From contig LSSG01000019.1 in assembly GCA_001595915.1 (NCBI GenBank), positions 5,408 to 69,407 on the forward strand: DNA of 64,000 nucleotides. The letters run 5' to 3'. The notes under the pieces were generated by a model. The model was not told the origin of the DNA, did no database searches, and saw only the letters and a list, made by a program, of their open reading frames with translations. Both the position numbers and the translations under genes were made by a program. This stretch comes from Thermoplasmatales archaeon SG8-52-3 (GTDB taxonomy: Archaea > Thermoplasmatota > E2 > DHVEG-1). Positions 52,855 through 61,598 of this stretch are shown here, piece after piece. Position 1 is the stretch's first letter, and each line of letters begins with the position of its first letter.

Positions 52855-54054
52855 TTATGATTTATTGCTTTCGAGTTGTTCTATGAAAGCTTCAATATTT
52901 GTCTTGAATTGTTCGTCAGATAGACATCTTAGATCATTAAAATCTCCATCTACAACTAAGCTTGGAATACCTGTTTCTTTTTCCAACCTTTGTGGCATAC
53001 CATAACGACAATTCGAATTATTTGAACATGATTTTGAATCATGATATATAATACCATCAATTTTAAAGAAATCAATCATTTTTTTCAGATATTTCTCTTT
53101 TGCTTCGTCTGCTCGAACAATAAATAATTCAGTATATGCCTTTGCCATGCTTCTAAAGGGATCATTTGCATCAAAATCTGTAAATATCCAACTATTACAA
53201 TATGTTGATGCAACAACACATGTTCTTTGAATAGCAAATAATTCAGAATGTGCTCTTAACCTTCCCCATATAGGCATACCATCCCAATACAATCTATATT
53301 TTTCATCTTCTACTGCTCCATCACAATTTTTTATCCTATCCTCAAGTTCTGAAATTAATAATTTATAATAATCAATAGCTTGTTTTGTCCCTCTTAAAAC
53401 TACTGCAGGTCCCATCTGGATACTTCCATCAAAAAACGTTAATGGTGAAGGTACATTAGAGGCTGTATCTAACACTTTTTTCCAAAGATCAGAACATTGA
53501 CGTGAAAGAGACAGTACCTTTTTTAATTCCATTTTATCAAAGTTATTACCTGATATTTTTTCAAAAGGACTAATTAAATTTTCCATTTGTTGAGCTATTG
53601 CTTTGATATGGTCATTTGTGATATCATTGATATTTCTAAATGTATGAATACCAAGCATTGGAACATTGAACTCTTTAGAATAAAATCTAAACCAATCCTG
53701 AACATCTCTACATTGATTAGTATTAAATACTAAAACATCAGGTTTGGGTATACTTTTTATACTTTCATAAGCTTTTGAAAGGGGTGTATATTTCTTTATG
53801 TATGCCCCAATATCCGAAGTAAGATATGAACAAACCTCAGGGGAATAACCAATTGCATTTGCATAAGGTATCATATCTGTTGCTACTCTACTTGCTCCAA
53901 GCATTGCACTATGATTTTCAGGAAAATAGACATGGAAACCAAAACTTCTTAATATTTCTGCAGGACCAACACTTGAGCACCAGGCAACCTTTTCCTTATC
54001 TGTTTTTGTAGCAGAATCAAGATCATTATAATAATTGGCCATTATCTTTTTCAT
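52855..54054 (-). CDS. Orphan HgdA-like subunit of the 2-hydroxyacyl-CoA dehydratase / benzoyl-CoA reductase / double-cubane-cluster protein family
   Basis: EKVAWCSSVGPAEILRSFGFHVYFPENHSAMLGA parallels the HgdA N-terminal region …EKVGWSSSKFPCELAESFGLHVGYPENQAA (as recalled). Conserved Cys occur (VCSYLTS, QCRD, YHDSKSCSNNSNC). No HgdB-type partner is adjacent. Confidence 0.7.
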   Translation of the reverse strand: MKKIMANYYNDLDSATKTDKEKVAWCSSVGPAEILRSFGFHVYFPENHSAMLGASRVATDMIPYANAIGYSPEVCSYLTSDIGAYIKKYTPLSKAYESIKSIPKPDVLVFNTNQCRDVQDWFRFYSKEFNVPMLGIHTFRNINDITNDHIKAIAQQMENLISPFEKISGNNFDKMELKKVLSLSRQCSDLWKKVLDTASNVPSPLTFFDGSIQMGPAVVLRGTKQAIDYYKLLISELEDRIKNCDGAVEDEKYRLYWDGMPIWGRLRAHSELFAIQRTCVVASTYCNSWIFTDFDANDPFRSMAKAYTELFIVRADEAKEKYLKKMIDFFKIDGIIYHDSKSCSNNSNCRYGMPQRLEKETGIPSLVVDGDFNDLRCLSDEQFKTNIEAFIEQLESNKS

Positions 54055-54197
54055 CTCTCTTGTTGCTTCGAATCTTTTACGAGATGACTTTTCATCAGCG
54101 ATATTATCTCCCCCGATCTGATAATGGCTTTAACAGATAGTAAACCCAAATAAAGATTGAACTTATTATTTTTTTGTGTTTTTTCAGTTTTGAGCAT

Positions 54198-55640
54198 TCA
54201 ACTAATATTCTTACTTCTTATAATTTCTTTTCCAGCTTCTTTTGCTTCATTAAATGATAAAATATATTTTAAACCATTTCTTAGTAAGTTAAATTCTTTC
54301 CGCAAGAGAATCTTAAAGATTTGTTCAAACATATAATAAGGTCTAAAATAAAAAGATGTAAATGCTTTTGTGGTATAATGGATTAATTCATCCTCTGTAA
54401 AATTACTGAGATTGTGACTTTTGTCTGCAAGCACCTCATACTGATTTGGTTTTATCTTTTTATTTTTCACAGCTTCTACCCATAGAGCAGATCCCATCCT
54501 ATAAATCAAAGGAACAAAATTGACCCTGTCAAGTGGAAGAGAACGGGCAAGTTTTATTGTATTTTCAATATGTTTATCAGTCTCCATAGGAGCACCAATA
54601 ATAAATGACGCCCCAATAAAAAATTTCATTTCTCTTGCTAATTTTACAGTCTTTCTAATTTGTTGAAGAGTTATATTCTTGTTATAAAAATCAAGAACAT
54701 CTTGATTTCCAGATTCAAGTCCATAAAAAATATATTTAACACCTGCCTTTTTCATTTTTAAGTAGAGGTCCTTCTCAGCTGTATCAACCCTAGCTCCTTG
54801 AATAAGTAAATCAACATTTATATCTGATTCTAGAAGCATATCAAATATTTTATGAGCTCTTTTTTTATCTGCTAGAAAGTTGTCGTCAACTATTACAATC
54901 GATTTATATATGTCACTTATTTCTTGAATCTCTTTTATTACATTTTCTGCCGACCTCATCCGAAAACTCCAGTTCTTGATAATATTACCATATCTACTAC
55001 AAAAACGACAATGATATGGACAACCTTTACTTGAGATAAAATTTGTAACTTTCTTTTTAAATAAATATCCAAAAGAAATTGTACTATAATCATATTTATC
55101 AACTAGATGTCTTGCTGGGAATGGTATCTCATCTAAATTTTCAATTACTTCTAACTGCTTTCCTGAACGAATCAAATTTTTTTCTTTATAAAAAATACCA
55201 TTAATATTTGCTAGCTGTTTTTTTCCCTCTAAATATTTTGATATGTCAAGAATAACATTTTCCCCCTCACCTGCTACACTGATATCTGCATGAGGAATAT
55301 CATTTAATGATCGTTTTTGAAGAAAAGTACAATGTGGTCCACCAATAATCAATGTTATATCTGAATCGATTTCCTTTATCAATTTTGAGATATCTGCTGC
55401 AGGTACGCAATCATCTGTATAAACAGACATTCCCACAGCATCACATGAATTCAATGATTTTTTTAATCTATCTTTTGTTATTTTTTCTGCAAAATAATCA
55501 AGAATTTCCACCTTATGGCCTTCTTTTTCAAGAGATGCTCCAATATAAAGTAATCCCAAAGGTGGGAGATTGAGAGATTGTTTATTCAGAGACTGATTAT
55601 TTTCTTCTCGGAATGCTGGTCTCAGAAGAAGAAATTTCAT
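54198..55640 (-). CDS. B12-binding-domain radical SAM enzyme, paralog A
   Basis: N-terminal B12-type Rossmann region: LLLRP…PPLGLLYIGASLEKEGHKVEILD…IIGGPHCT. Radical SAM motif: SSKGCPYHCRFCSRY. Confidence 0.85.
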   Translation of the reverse strand: MKFLLLRPAFREENNQSLNKQSLNLPPLGLLYIGASLEKEGHKVEILDYFAEKITKDRLKKSLNSCDAVGMSVYTDDCVPAADISKLIKEIDSDITLIIGGPHCTFLQKRSLNDIPHADISVAGEGENVILDISKYLEGKKQLANINGIFYKEKNLIRSGKQLEVIENLDEIPFPARHLVDKYDYSTISFGYLFKKKVTNFISSKGCPYHCRFCSRYGNIIKNWSFRMRSAENVIKEIQEISDIYKSIVIVDDNFLADKKRAHKIFDMLLESDINVDLLIQGARVDTAEKDLYLKMKKAGVKYIFYGLESGNQDVLDFYNKNITLQQIRKTVKLAREMKFFIGASFIIGAPMETDKHIENTIKLARSLPLDRVNFVPLIYRMGSALWVEAVKNKKIKPNQYEVLADKSHNLSNFTEDELIHYTTKAFTSFYFRPYYMFEQIFKILLRKEFNLLRNGLKYILSFNEAKEAGKEIIRSKNIS

Positions 55641-55715
55641 ATAATCTACTCCCCGAATTAAATATTATCATGAAAATCTAAGATATATAACTTTTTATTA
55701 AAAAAAATATAAAAA

Positions 55716-57164
55716 TTATTGTTTTGCCTGAGGATTTATTTTTTTGAAGGTTCCCATTTCCCGTTTCATTGAAAAAAGAAGTTTAAGTCCAGAATAAAGC
55801 AAGGTATAGTCTTTTCTAATTAAATTTCTAAATATTTGACTTATCATATATGTTGGTCTGTAATAAAAACGTTGAAATGCATCAAGGGTAAAGTCCATTA
55901 GTTCTTTTTTTGTGAAATTTCCAAGACCATGCTCAGAATCAGCAAAAAAGAATATTTCATCAGTATCTTTTTGTATTCTGTTATCTTCTACAGCCTCATT
56001 CCATAATTGAGAACCTTTAATATATCTCAATGGCCCAAAACCTGCAAAATCTAGAGGAAGTGAACAGGCAAATTTTATTGTGTTTTCAATATGCTCTTTT
56101 GTTTCCATTGGAGCACCTAAAATGAAACTACCCATTGTAATAAAATTCATTTTTCTACTCAATTTTACTGCATTTCTTATTTGAGGGAGAGTAGTTCTTT
56201 TGTTATAAAAATCAAGAACATCCTGATTTCCAGATTCAATTCCAAAAAATATAATTTTTACTCCTGCTTTTTTCATTTTTTTATAGAGTTCTTTACTTGC
56301 GGCATCAACTCTAGTACCATAAATCCATAGGTCAATATCCTTTCTCATCTCTATAAGTCCATCAAATATTATATGCGCCCTTCTGTTATCTGCAAGAAAA
56401 CTGTCATCAACAATGTTTATTGTTTTATATTTTTCATTAAGCTCTTCAAATTCCTTTAAAATGTTCTCAGCTGACCTTTGTCTAAATGTCCATTCATCAA
56501 AAAAATTGTTATATCTCGCACAAAATCTACATTTAAATGGGCATCCTCTACTGGTTATTGTTGAAGTTACAGTTTTTCTTAGTTTAAAACCAAATGGAAA
56601 ATCACCATAATCATATTTATCAACTAGATGTCTTGCTGGAAAGGGTAAATCATCTAAATTTTCAATAATTTGTAGGGGTTTTCCTAGTTTTATATTTCCA
56701 TTGTTTCTATAATAGATGCCATTAATATCTTCTAATTTCTTTTTTCCTTGAAAATATTTCACTAAATCAAGAATGACATGCTCTCCTTCACCTACTACAC
56801 TAATGTCTGCCAATGGTATATCCTGTAATGATTGTTTTTGTACAAATGTACAATGAGGTCCACCAATTATTTGTGGAATATCTGAATCAATTTCTTTAAT
56901 TGTTTTTGAGATATTATTGTATGGAATAAAATCAATATCACTACATACAGTCATTCCAACAGCATCAGTTTTTAATAGTGTGTTTTTTAGTTTTTCTTTT
57001 GAAATATTTTCCATACAAAAATCAAGAATCTCAACAGTATGTCCTTCATTTTCGAGTATTGCCCCAATATAAAGCAATCCAAGCGGGGGAAGAGTAGAAG
57101 GATCTAGTAACAAATTTTTTGTAATATTTTCGTAAATTCCAGGTTTAAGAAGAAGAATTTTCAT
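55716..57164 (-). CDS. B12-binding-domain radical SAM enzyme, paralog B
   Basis: PPLGLLYIGAILENEGHTVEILD…IIGGPHCT…TSRGCPFKCRFCARY. It is colinear with paralogs A and C over the full length. Confidence 0.85.
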   Translation of the reverse strand: MKILLLKPGIYENITKNLLLDPSTLPPLGLLYIGAILENEGHTVEILDFCMENISKEKLKNTLLKTDAVGMTVCSDIDFIPYNNISKTIKEIDSDIPQIIGGPHCTFVQKQSLQDIPLADISVVGEGEHVILDLVKYFQGKKKLEDINGIYYRNNGNIKLGKPLQIIENLDDLPFPARHLVDKYDYGDFPFGFKLRKTVTSTITSRGCPFKCRFCARYNNFFDEWTFRQRSAENILKEFEELNEKYKTINIVDDSFLADNRRAHIIFDGLIEMRKDIDLWIYGTRVDAASKELYKKMKKAGVKIIFFGIESGNQDVLDFYNKRTTLPQIRNAVKLSRKMNFITMGSFILGAPMETKEHIENTIKFACSLPLDFAGFGPLRYIKGSQLWNEAVEDNRIQKDTDEIFFFADSEHGLGNFTKKELMDFTLDAFQRFYYRPTYMISQIFRNLIRKDYTLLYSGLKLLFSMKREMGTFKKINPQAKQ

Positions 57165-57230
57165 TTGAACCAGTTACTCTCTTGAAAATAGGATAAATAT
57201 TAGTTATTTAAATGTTATATATTATCTATT

Positions 57231-58661
57231 TTATCCATCTGGATTACTTTTTTTAATAGGTGTTTTTCCCCATTTATTTATTATTGTCAAATATTTTAAA
57301 CCGTTTAATAGTAGTCGAATATCATTTCTTAATAATGACCTATAAATCTGTTTAAAGATATAAATTGGTCTAAAATAAAAAGCTTTATAAGCATCTATTG
57401 TAAAATCTATTAATTCCTTTTTTGTAAATTTTCCGAGAGTATTATCTTTTTCAGCAATAACTGCATATTCATTTGGTGAAATTTTTTTATTTTTTACAGC
57501 TTCCATCCATAATGAAGATCCAGTTAAGTATGTTAAAACTCCAAAATTCGCAAGATCTATTGGTAAAGAACAAGCAAATTTAATGGTGTTTTCAATTTGC
57601 TTTTTTGTTTCGATAGGTGCTCCAAGTATAAAAGAAGTATAAACAAAAAAATTCATTTTTCTAGCAAGTTTTATTGCTTTTTTTATTTGATTTAAATTGA
57701 TATTCTTGTTATAAAAATTAAGAATATTCTGATTTCCAGATTCAAGGCCATATAGAATGGTTTTTACTCCTGCTTTTTTCATTTTTTTATATAAATTTTT
57801 ATCTGCTGTATCAACCCTTGCTCCTTCAATAAAAAATTCCATATCGATATTAGAATCTAGTATCATGTCAAATATTTTATTTGCTCGTTTCTTATCAGCT
57901 AAAAAATTATCATCTACAATCACAACAGAATCATATTTTTTATTTATTTCCCTTAATTCATTTATTACATTCTCTGCAGATCTAACTCTAAATCTCCAAT
58001 CCTCAATAACGTTACTATATTTAGAGCAAAAACTGCATGAAAAAGGGCAACCTCTACTAGAAATTAGAGCTGTAACATTATTCATTATCTTATAATACCA
58101 GGGTGAGATACCATATTCATATTTTTCAACAAGATGTCTTGCGGGAAATGGTAAAGAATTTAAATCTTTGATTATCTTTGGAGGTTTTCCTTGTTTTATT
58201 AAGCTTTTTTTTCTATAATAAATGCCATTTATATCTGATAACTTTTTTTCACCATTCAAATAATTGGCGATATCTAAGATTACTTGTTCACCTTCTCCTA
58301 TTACACTGATATCAGCATTTGGTATGTTTATTAAAGACTGTTTTGGAAGAAAAGAACAATATGAACCACCAATAATTATTGGAATTTCGGGAGTTATTTT
58401 TCTAATTTTTTTTGAGATATCATTTACTAATTGAAAATTATCGATAAATGTTATTCCAACTGCATCAGATGAGTTTAATGAGTTTTTTAATTTATCAAAT
58501 GAAATGTCTTTAACTAAATAATCAAGAATTTCAACCTTATAACCCTCTTTTTCTAAAACAGCTCCCAGATATAATAGACTTAATGGAGGATGTGTCATCG
58601 GAAAAGAGATGATAGGTTTATCTTTAAGTCTAGCTGCTGGTCTTATTAGAAGAAATTTCAT
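57231..58661 (-). CDS. B12-binding-domain radical SAM enzyme, paralog C
   Basis: PPLSLLYLGAVLEKEGYKVEILD…IIGGSYCS…SSRGCPFSCSFCSKY. Confidence 0.85.
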   Translation of the reverse strand: MKFLLIRPAARLKDKPIISFPMTHPPLSLLYLGAVLEKEGYKVEILDYLVKDISFDKLKNSLNSSDAVGITFIDNFQLVNDISKKIRKITPEIPIIIGGSYCSFLPKQSLINIPNADISVIGEGEQVILDIANYLNGEKKLSDINGIYYRKKSLIKQGKPPKIIKDLNSLPFPARHLVEKYEYGISPWYYKIMNNVTALISSRGCPFSCSFCSKYSNVIEDWRFRVRSAENVINELREINKKYDSVVIVDDNFLADKKRANKIFDMILDSNIDMEFFIEGARVDTADKNLYKKMKKAGVKTILYGLESGNQNILNFYNKNINLNQIKKAIKLARKMNFFVYTSFILGAPIETKKQIENTIKFACSLPIDLANFGVLTYLTGSSLWMEAVKNKKISPNEYAVIAEKDNTLGKFTKKELIDFTIDAYKAFYFRPIYIFKQIYRSLLRNDIRLLLNGLKYLTIINKWGKTPIKKSNPDG

Positions 58662-58812
58662 TGTCTACCTTACCTCCCATTTTCAAATCTGATTTAAGAT
58701 TTAAATAATTACCTAAAGAGAAAAATACCAAATAAAATCATAAAATGCCAAAAATGATATACAGCTAATTATATCCATTTTTTAAAATTACATTATCATA
58801 TTTAGTGAAAAT

Positions 58813-59595
58813 ATGCTAGATAATGAATATTATGCAGGTATTGACGTTGGTACATCTTATATAAAAGTTGTAATAATTGATAACAAAAACAAGATACTAG
58901 GATCGTTTGTTGATAGAACAGGATCCGATCTTAAAAAATCAATAAAAGTAGTTTATGAAAATGCTTTGAGCTCTGCAAAAATTTCTGAAAAAAATTTTAA
59001 ATCTATTGTTGCTACAGGTTTTGGTAGAGAAAATGTCTCTTTTGCAGATGGTATAATAACCGAAATTAGCTCTCATGCAAAAGGTGCTTATCATTATTTT
59101 CCAAGAAAGATAATCGTTATTGATATTGGGGGACAAGATACAAAAATTATAAAAATTGATGATAAGGGTAAGATTCAAGGCTTTAAAATGAATAGAAAAT
59201 GTGCAGCAGGTACCGGTTCTTTTCTAGAGGAAATTGCATATAAACTCAATATTCCAATAAATGAAATGAATACTTTAGCTGCAAAATCTGATAAAGAGAC
59301 AGCATTAAGTAGCTTTTGTACAGTTTTTGCATCAACTGAGATTATTACGAGAATAAAGGAAGGAGAAAGAATTGAGGATATGGTTAAAAGTGCTTTTGAA
59401 TCAATTATTAGAAGAGTCATCGAAATGGACACATTAAAAGGTGAAGTTATGGTCTCTGGAGGTGTGGTTGCATATAATGATATCATTTTAAAAATTCTAG
59501 CAAAGCAAGTTGGAAAAGATATCTTAAAACCTCCAAAACCCCAGTTATGTGGAGCTATTGGTGCAGCTTTATTTGCAAAGGATTTAAAATCCTAA
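58813..59595 (+). CDS. BcrAD/BadFG/HgdC-family ATPase (archerase-type activator)
   Basis: YAGIDVGTSYIKVVII…IDIGGQDTKIIKIDDKGKIQGFKMNRKCAAGTGSFLEE…FCTVFASTEI…VSGGVVAYN. Confidence 0.85.
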   Translation: MLDNEYYAGIDVGTSYIKVVIIDNKNKILGSFVDRTGSDLKKSIKVVYENALSSAKISEKNFKSIVATGFGRENVSFADGIITEISSHAKGAYHYFPRKIIVIDIGGQDTKIIKIDDKGKIQGFKMNRKCAAGTGSFLEEIAYKLNIPINEMNTLAAKSDKETALSSFCTVFASTEIITRIKEGERIEDMVKSAFESIIRRVIEMDTLKGEVMVSGGVVAYNDIILKILAKQVGKDILKPPKPQLCGAIGAALFAKDLKS

Positions 59596-59665
59596 TAGCT
59601 TAACATTTTATCATTTTGATATTTTGCCAGGTTAGTTTTAAGTATCATTAAATTTAAAGGATATA

Positions 59666-59914
59666 ATGGGTGATTGGAAGGTGAAAATAAAACTATTTAT
59701 ACCTATAGTTTTAGTAACTATAATATTTGCTTCCACACTAGCGATAGCAGCAAAACCATCTGATCTACCAGATCAAGCATATAATAATGGACCAAGTTTA
59801 GATAAACAAATGGCCCGTTATTTCCGTCTCGATGAAATAGCTTATCGGCTTTGGTTGGAAAAAGGTTGGGTACCAGAAGGATTACTAATGGCTATGGGTA
59901 GCTCAGGTCGTTAA
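59666..59914 (+). CDS. Hypothetical small signal-peptide/membrane-anchored protein
   Basis: KIKLFIPIVLVTIIFASTLAIAAKPSD is followed by a 55-aa soluble tail. No motif was recognised. Confidence 0.45.
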   Translation: MGDWKVKIKLFIPIVLVTIIFASTLAIAAKPSDLPDQAYNNGPSLDKQMARYFRLDEIAYRLWLEKGWVPEGLLMAMGSSGR

Positions 59915-60047
59915 TTTATATATAAATTTCGATGAGAAAAAATTAGTTTAATCTAAATCTTTAAATTCATTCTTTTTTTCTTTTTTTTATTTTATTTAAA
60001 AATTTAGGGAAAAATTAAAATCATATTTCTTACTCTAGATATATAAA

Positions 60048-60989
60048 ATGTGGAATTATCATTCATTAGACTATGATTATCCGCCCTATCGACCACCTAA
60101 TGAGGCAGGGTCTGCTCTAATTAGGGCATCTAGAGGTTGTCCATGGAATAGATGTCTTTTTTGTACAATGTATAAAACACTAAAATTCCAACCAAAATCA
60201 AGTGAAGAAGTATTAAAAGATATTGATAAGGCAGCAAAAATATATGCTAGAGCTAAAACCATATTTATTGCAGACTCAGATAGCCTTGTTATGAAGGATA
60301 TTGACGATATAATAAAACACATAAAACTTCGTTTTCCTTATGCAGAACGAATTACATCTTATGCGAGAGCTAAAACCTTAATGAAGTTAGGTATTGATAA
60401 ATTAAATAAAATTAAAAAGGCAGGTCTCACGAGGGTTCATGTGGGTCTTGAATCAGGTGATAAAAAAACATTAGAATTTTTAAAAAAAGGTTCAACACCT
60501 AAAGAAATGATTGAAGGTGGAAAAGTAGCAAAAGAGGCAGGACTTGATCTTTCATTTTATATTCTTATAGGTGCTGGTGGAAAAAAAAGATTAAAAGAAC
60601 ATGCAATAGAGTCAGCAAGAGTTTGTAATATAGTAAAACCGGATTTCATTCGTTTAAGGACTCTTGTTGTTCAGCGTGGTTCACTTCTAGAAGAAAAAAT
60701 GAAAGAAGGTAAATACAATCCAACTTCGCCCGTTGAAAAATTAAAGGAAGTAAAGATATTTTTAGAAAATCTTGATGTTAAAAAATGTGAGCTTGCATCT
60801 GATCATTTCACTAATTACATCTGGGTAGGAAGTAATATTGTTTATAGGGGAATTTATGGAGTTTTACCCAAAGATAAAAAAGATATGTTAGGTATTTTAA
60901 ATCAAACTCTTAAGTTCTTAGAAATAACTGATGGTGAGATTCTTGATGCTACAATTTTATATGAAAGAGGAATGATTAATTCTCTTTAA
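60048..60989 (+). CDS. Radical SAM protein with atypical CX4CX2C cluster motif
   Basis: PPNEAGSALIRASRGCPWNRCLFCTMYK is read from GGT TGT CCA TGG AAT AGA TGT CTT TTT TGT. Downstream are GLTRVHVGLESGD and a TIM-barrel-like remainder. Confidence 0.75.
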   Translation: MWNYHSLDYDYPPYRPPNEAGSALIRASRGCPWNRCLFCTMYKTLKFQPKSSEEVLKDIDKAAKIYARAKTIFIADSDSLVMKDIDDIIKHIKLRFPYAERITSYARAKTLMKLGIDKLNKIKKAGLTRVHVGLESGDKKTLEFLKKGSTPKEMIEGGKVAKEAGLDLSFYILIGAGGKKRLKEHAIESARVCNIVKPDFIRLRTLVVQRGSLLEEKMKEGKYNPTSPVEKLKEVKIFLENLDVKKCELASDHFTNYIWVGSNIVYRGIYGVLPKDKKDMLGILNQTLKFLEITDGEILDATILYERGMINSL

Positions 60990-60993
60990 TTTT

Positions 60994-61272
60994 TTATCCA
61001 CCACTAACAGGTATAAAAAATAATAGATTATCATCTTCCTTAAGTTTTGTATCTAACATGTTTATTGCTGATATAGGTTTATCATTTACAAAAATGCAAA
61101 TGTAATCAGTTAATTCTTGATTTTTTTTAAAAATTTCTTTTTCTAGTTTTGGATACTTCTTAACTAGAATTTTTAGTAAATCTAAAATGGTTATAACTTC
61201 TATATTTAGCTCTAACTCAGACTTTCCAATTATATCTTTAAATGGTCTTAGAAATTTTAATTTAAGTTTCAT
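60994..61272 (-). CDS. MoaD/ThiS/SAMP-type ubiquitin-like small protein ending in Gly-Gly
   Basis: It is 92 aa. The C-terminus …DDNLLFFIPVSGG* has the beta-grasp-type pattern. Confidence 0.7.
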   Translation of the reverse strand: MKLKLKFLRPFKDIIGKSELELNIEVITILDLLKILVKKYPKLEKEIFKKNQELTDYICIFVNDKPISAINMLDTKLKEDDNLLFFIPVSGG

Positions 61273-61307
61273 TTGATATTCACCGATATTTCATAAATGA
61301 CTTTTAT

Positions 61308-61598
61308 TTATTCCTCAAGTATATCTTCTTCATTTGAAATATTTATCTTTGTGGTTTTTACAAACTTGTCTTTTATTTCTTTTAGTTTAAGATACAGATA
61401 ATAATCACTTGAGATAATAAATGGATGTTTTAGGTTACCTTTTTCAAATTCTTCTTTTAAACCATCTTTAATTTCTTCAAAAAGAAAATCAGTTGTTTTG
61501 CTTATCACTATATCTACAAAATCCTCAATAAAAATTTCGTCTTTTACTTTTTGTTGATTGTACCATTCAACTACTTCTTTTAGGATTTTGTCTTTCAT
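61308..61598 (-). CDS. Hypothetical small acidic protein
   Basis: It is an intact 96-codon ORF, co-directional with and 35 nt upstream of the GG protein. No motif was recognised. Confidence 0.4.
   Translation of the reverse strand: MKDKILKEVVEWYNQQKVKDEIFIEDFVDIVISKTTDFLFEEIKDGLKEEFEKGNLKHPFIISSDYYLYLKLKEIKDKFVKTTKINISNEEDILEE

Noticed and set aside
57757-58095. A 112-aa plus-strand ORF inside rSAM paralog C, with similar ones at 55352..55573 and 56413..56610 in paralogs A and B
   Set aside because: They are shadow ORFs. They recur at equivalent positions only because the three host genes are paralogous.
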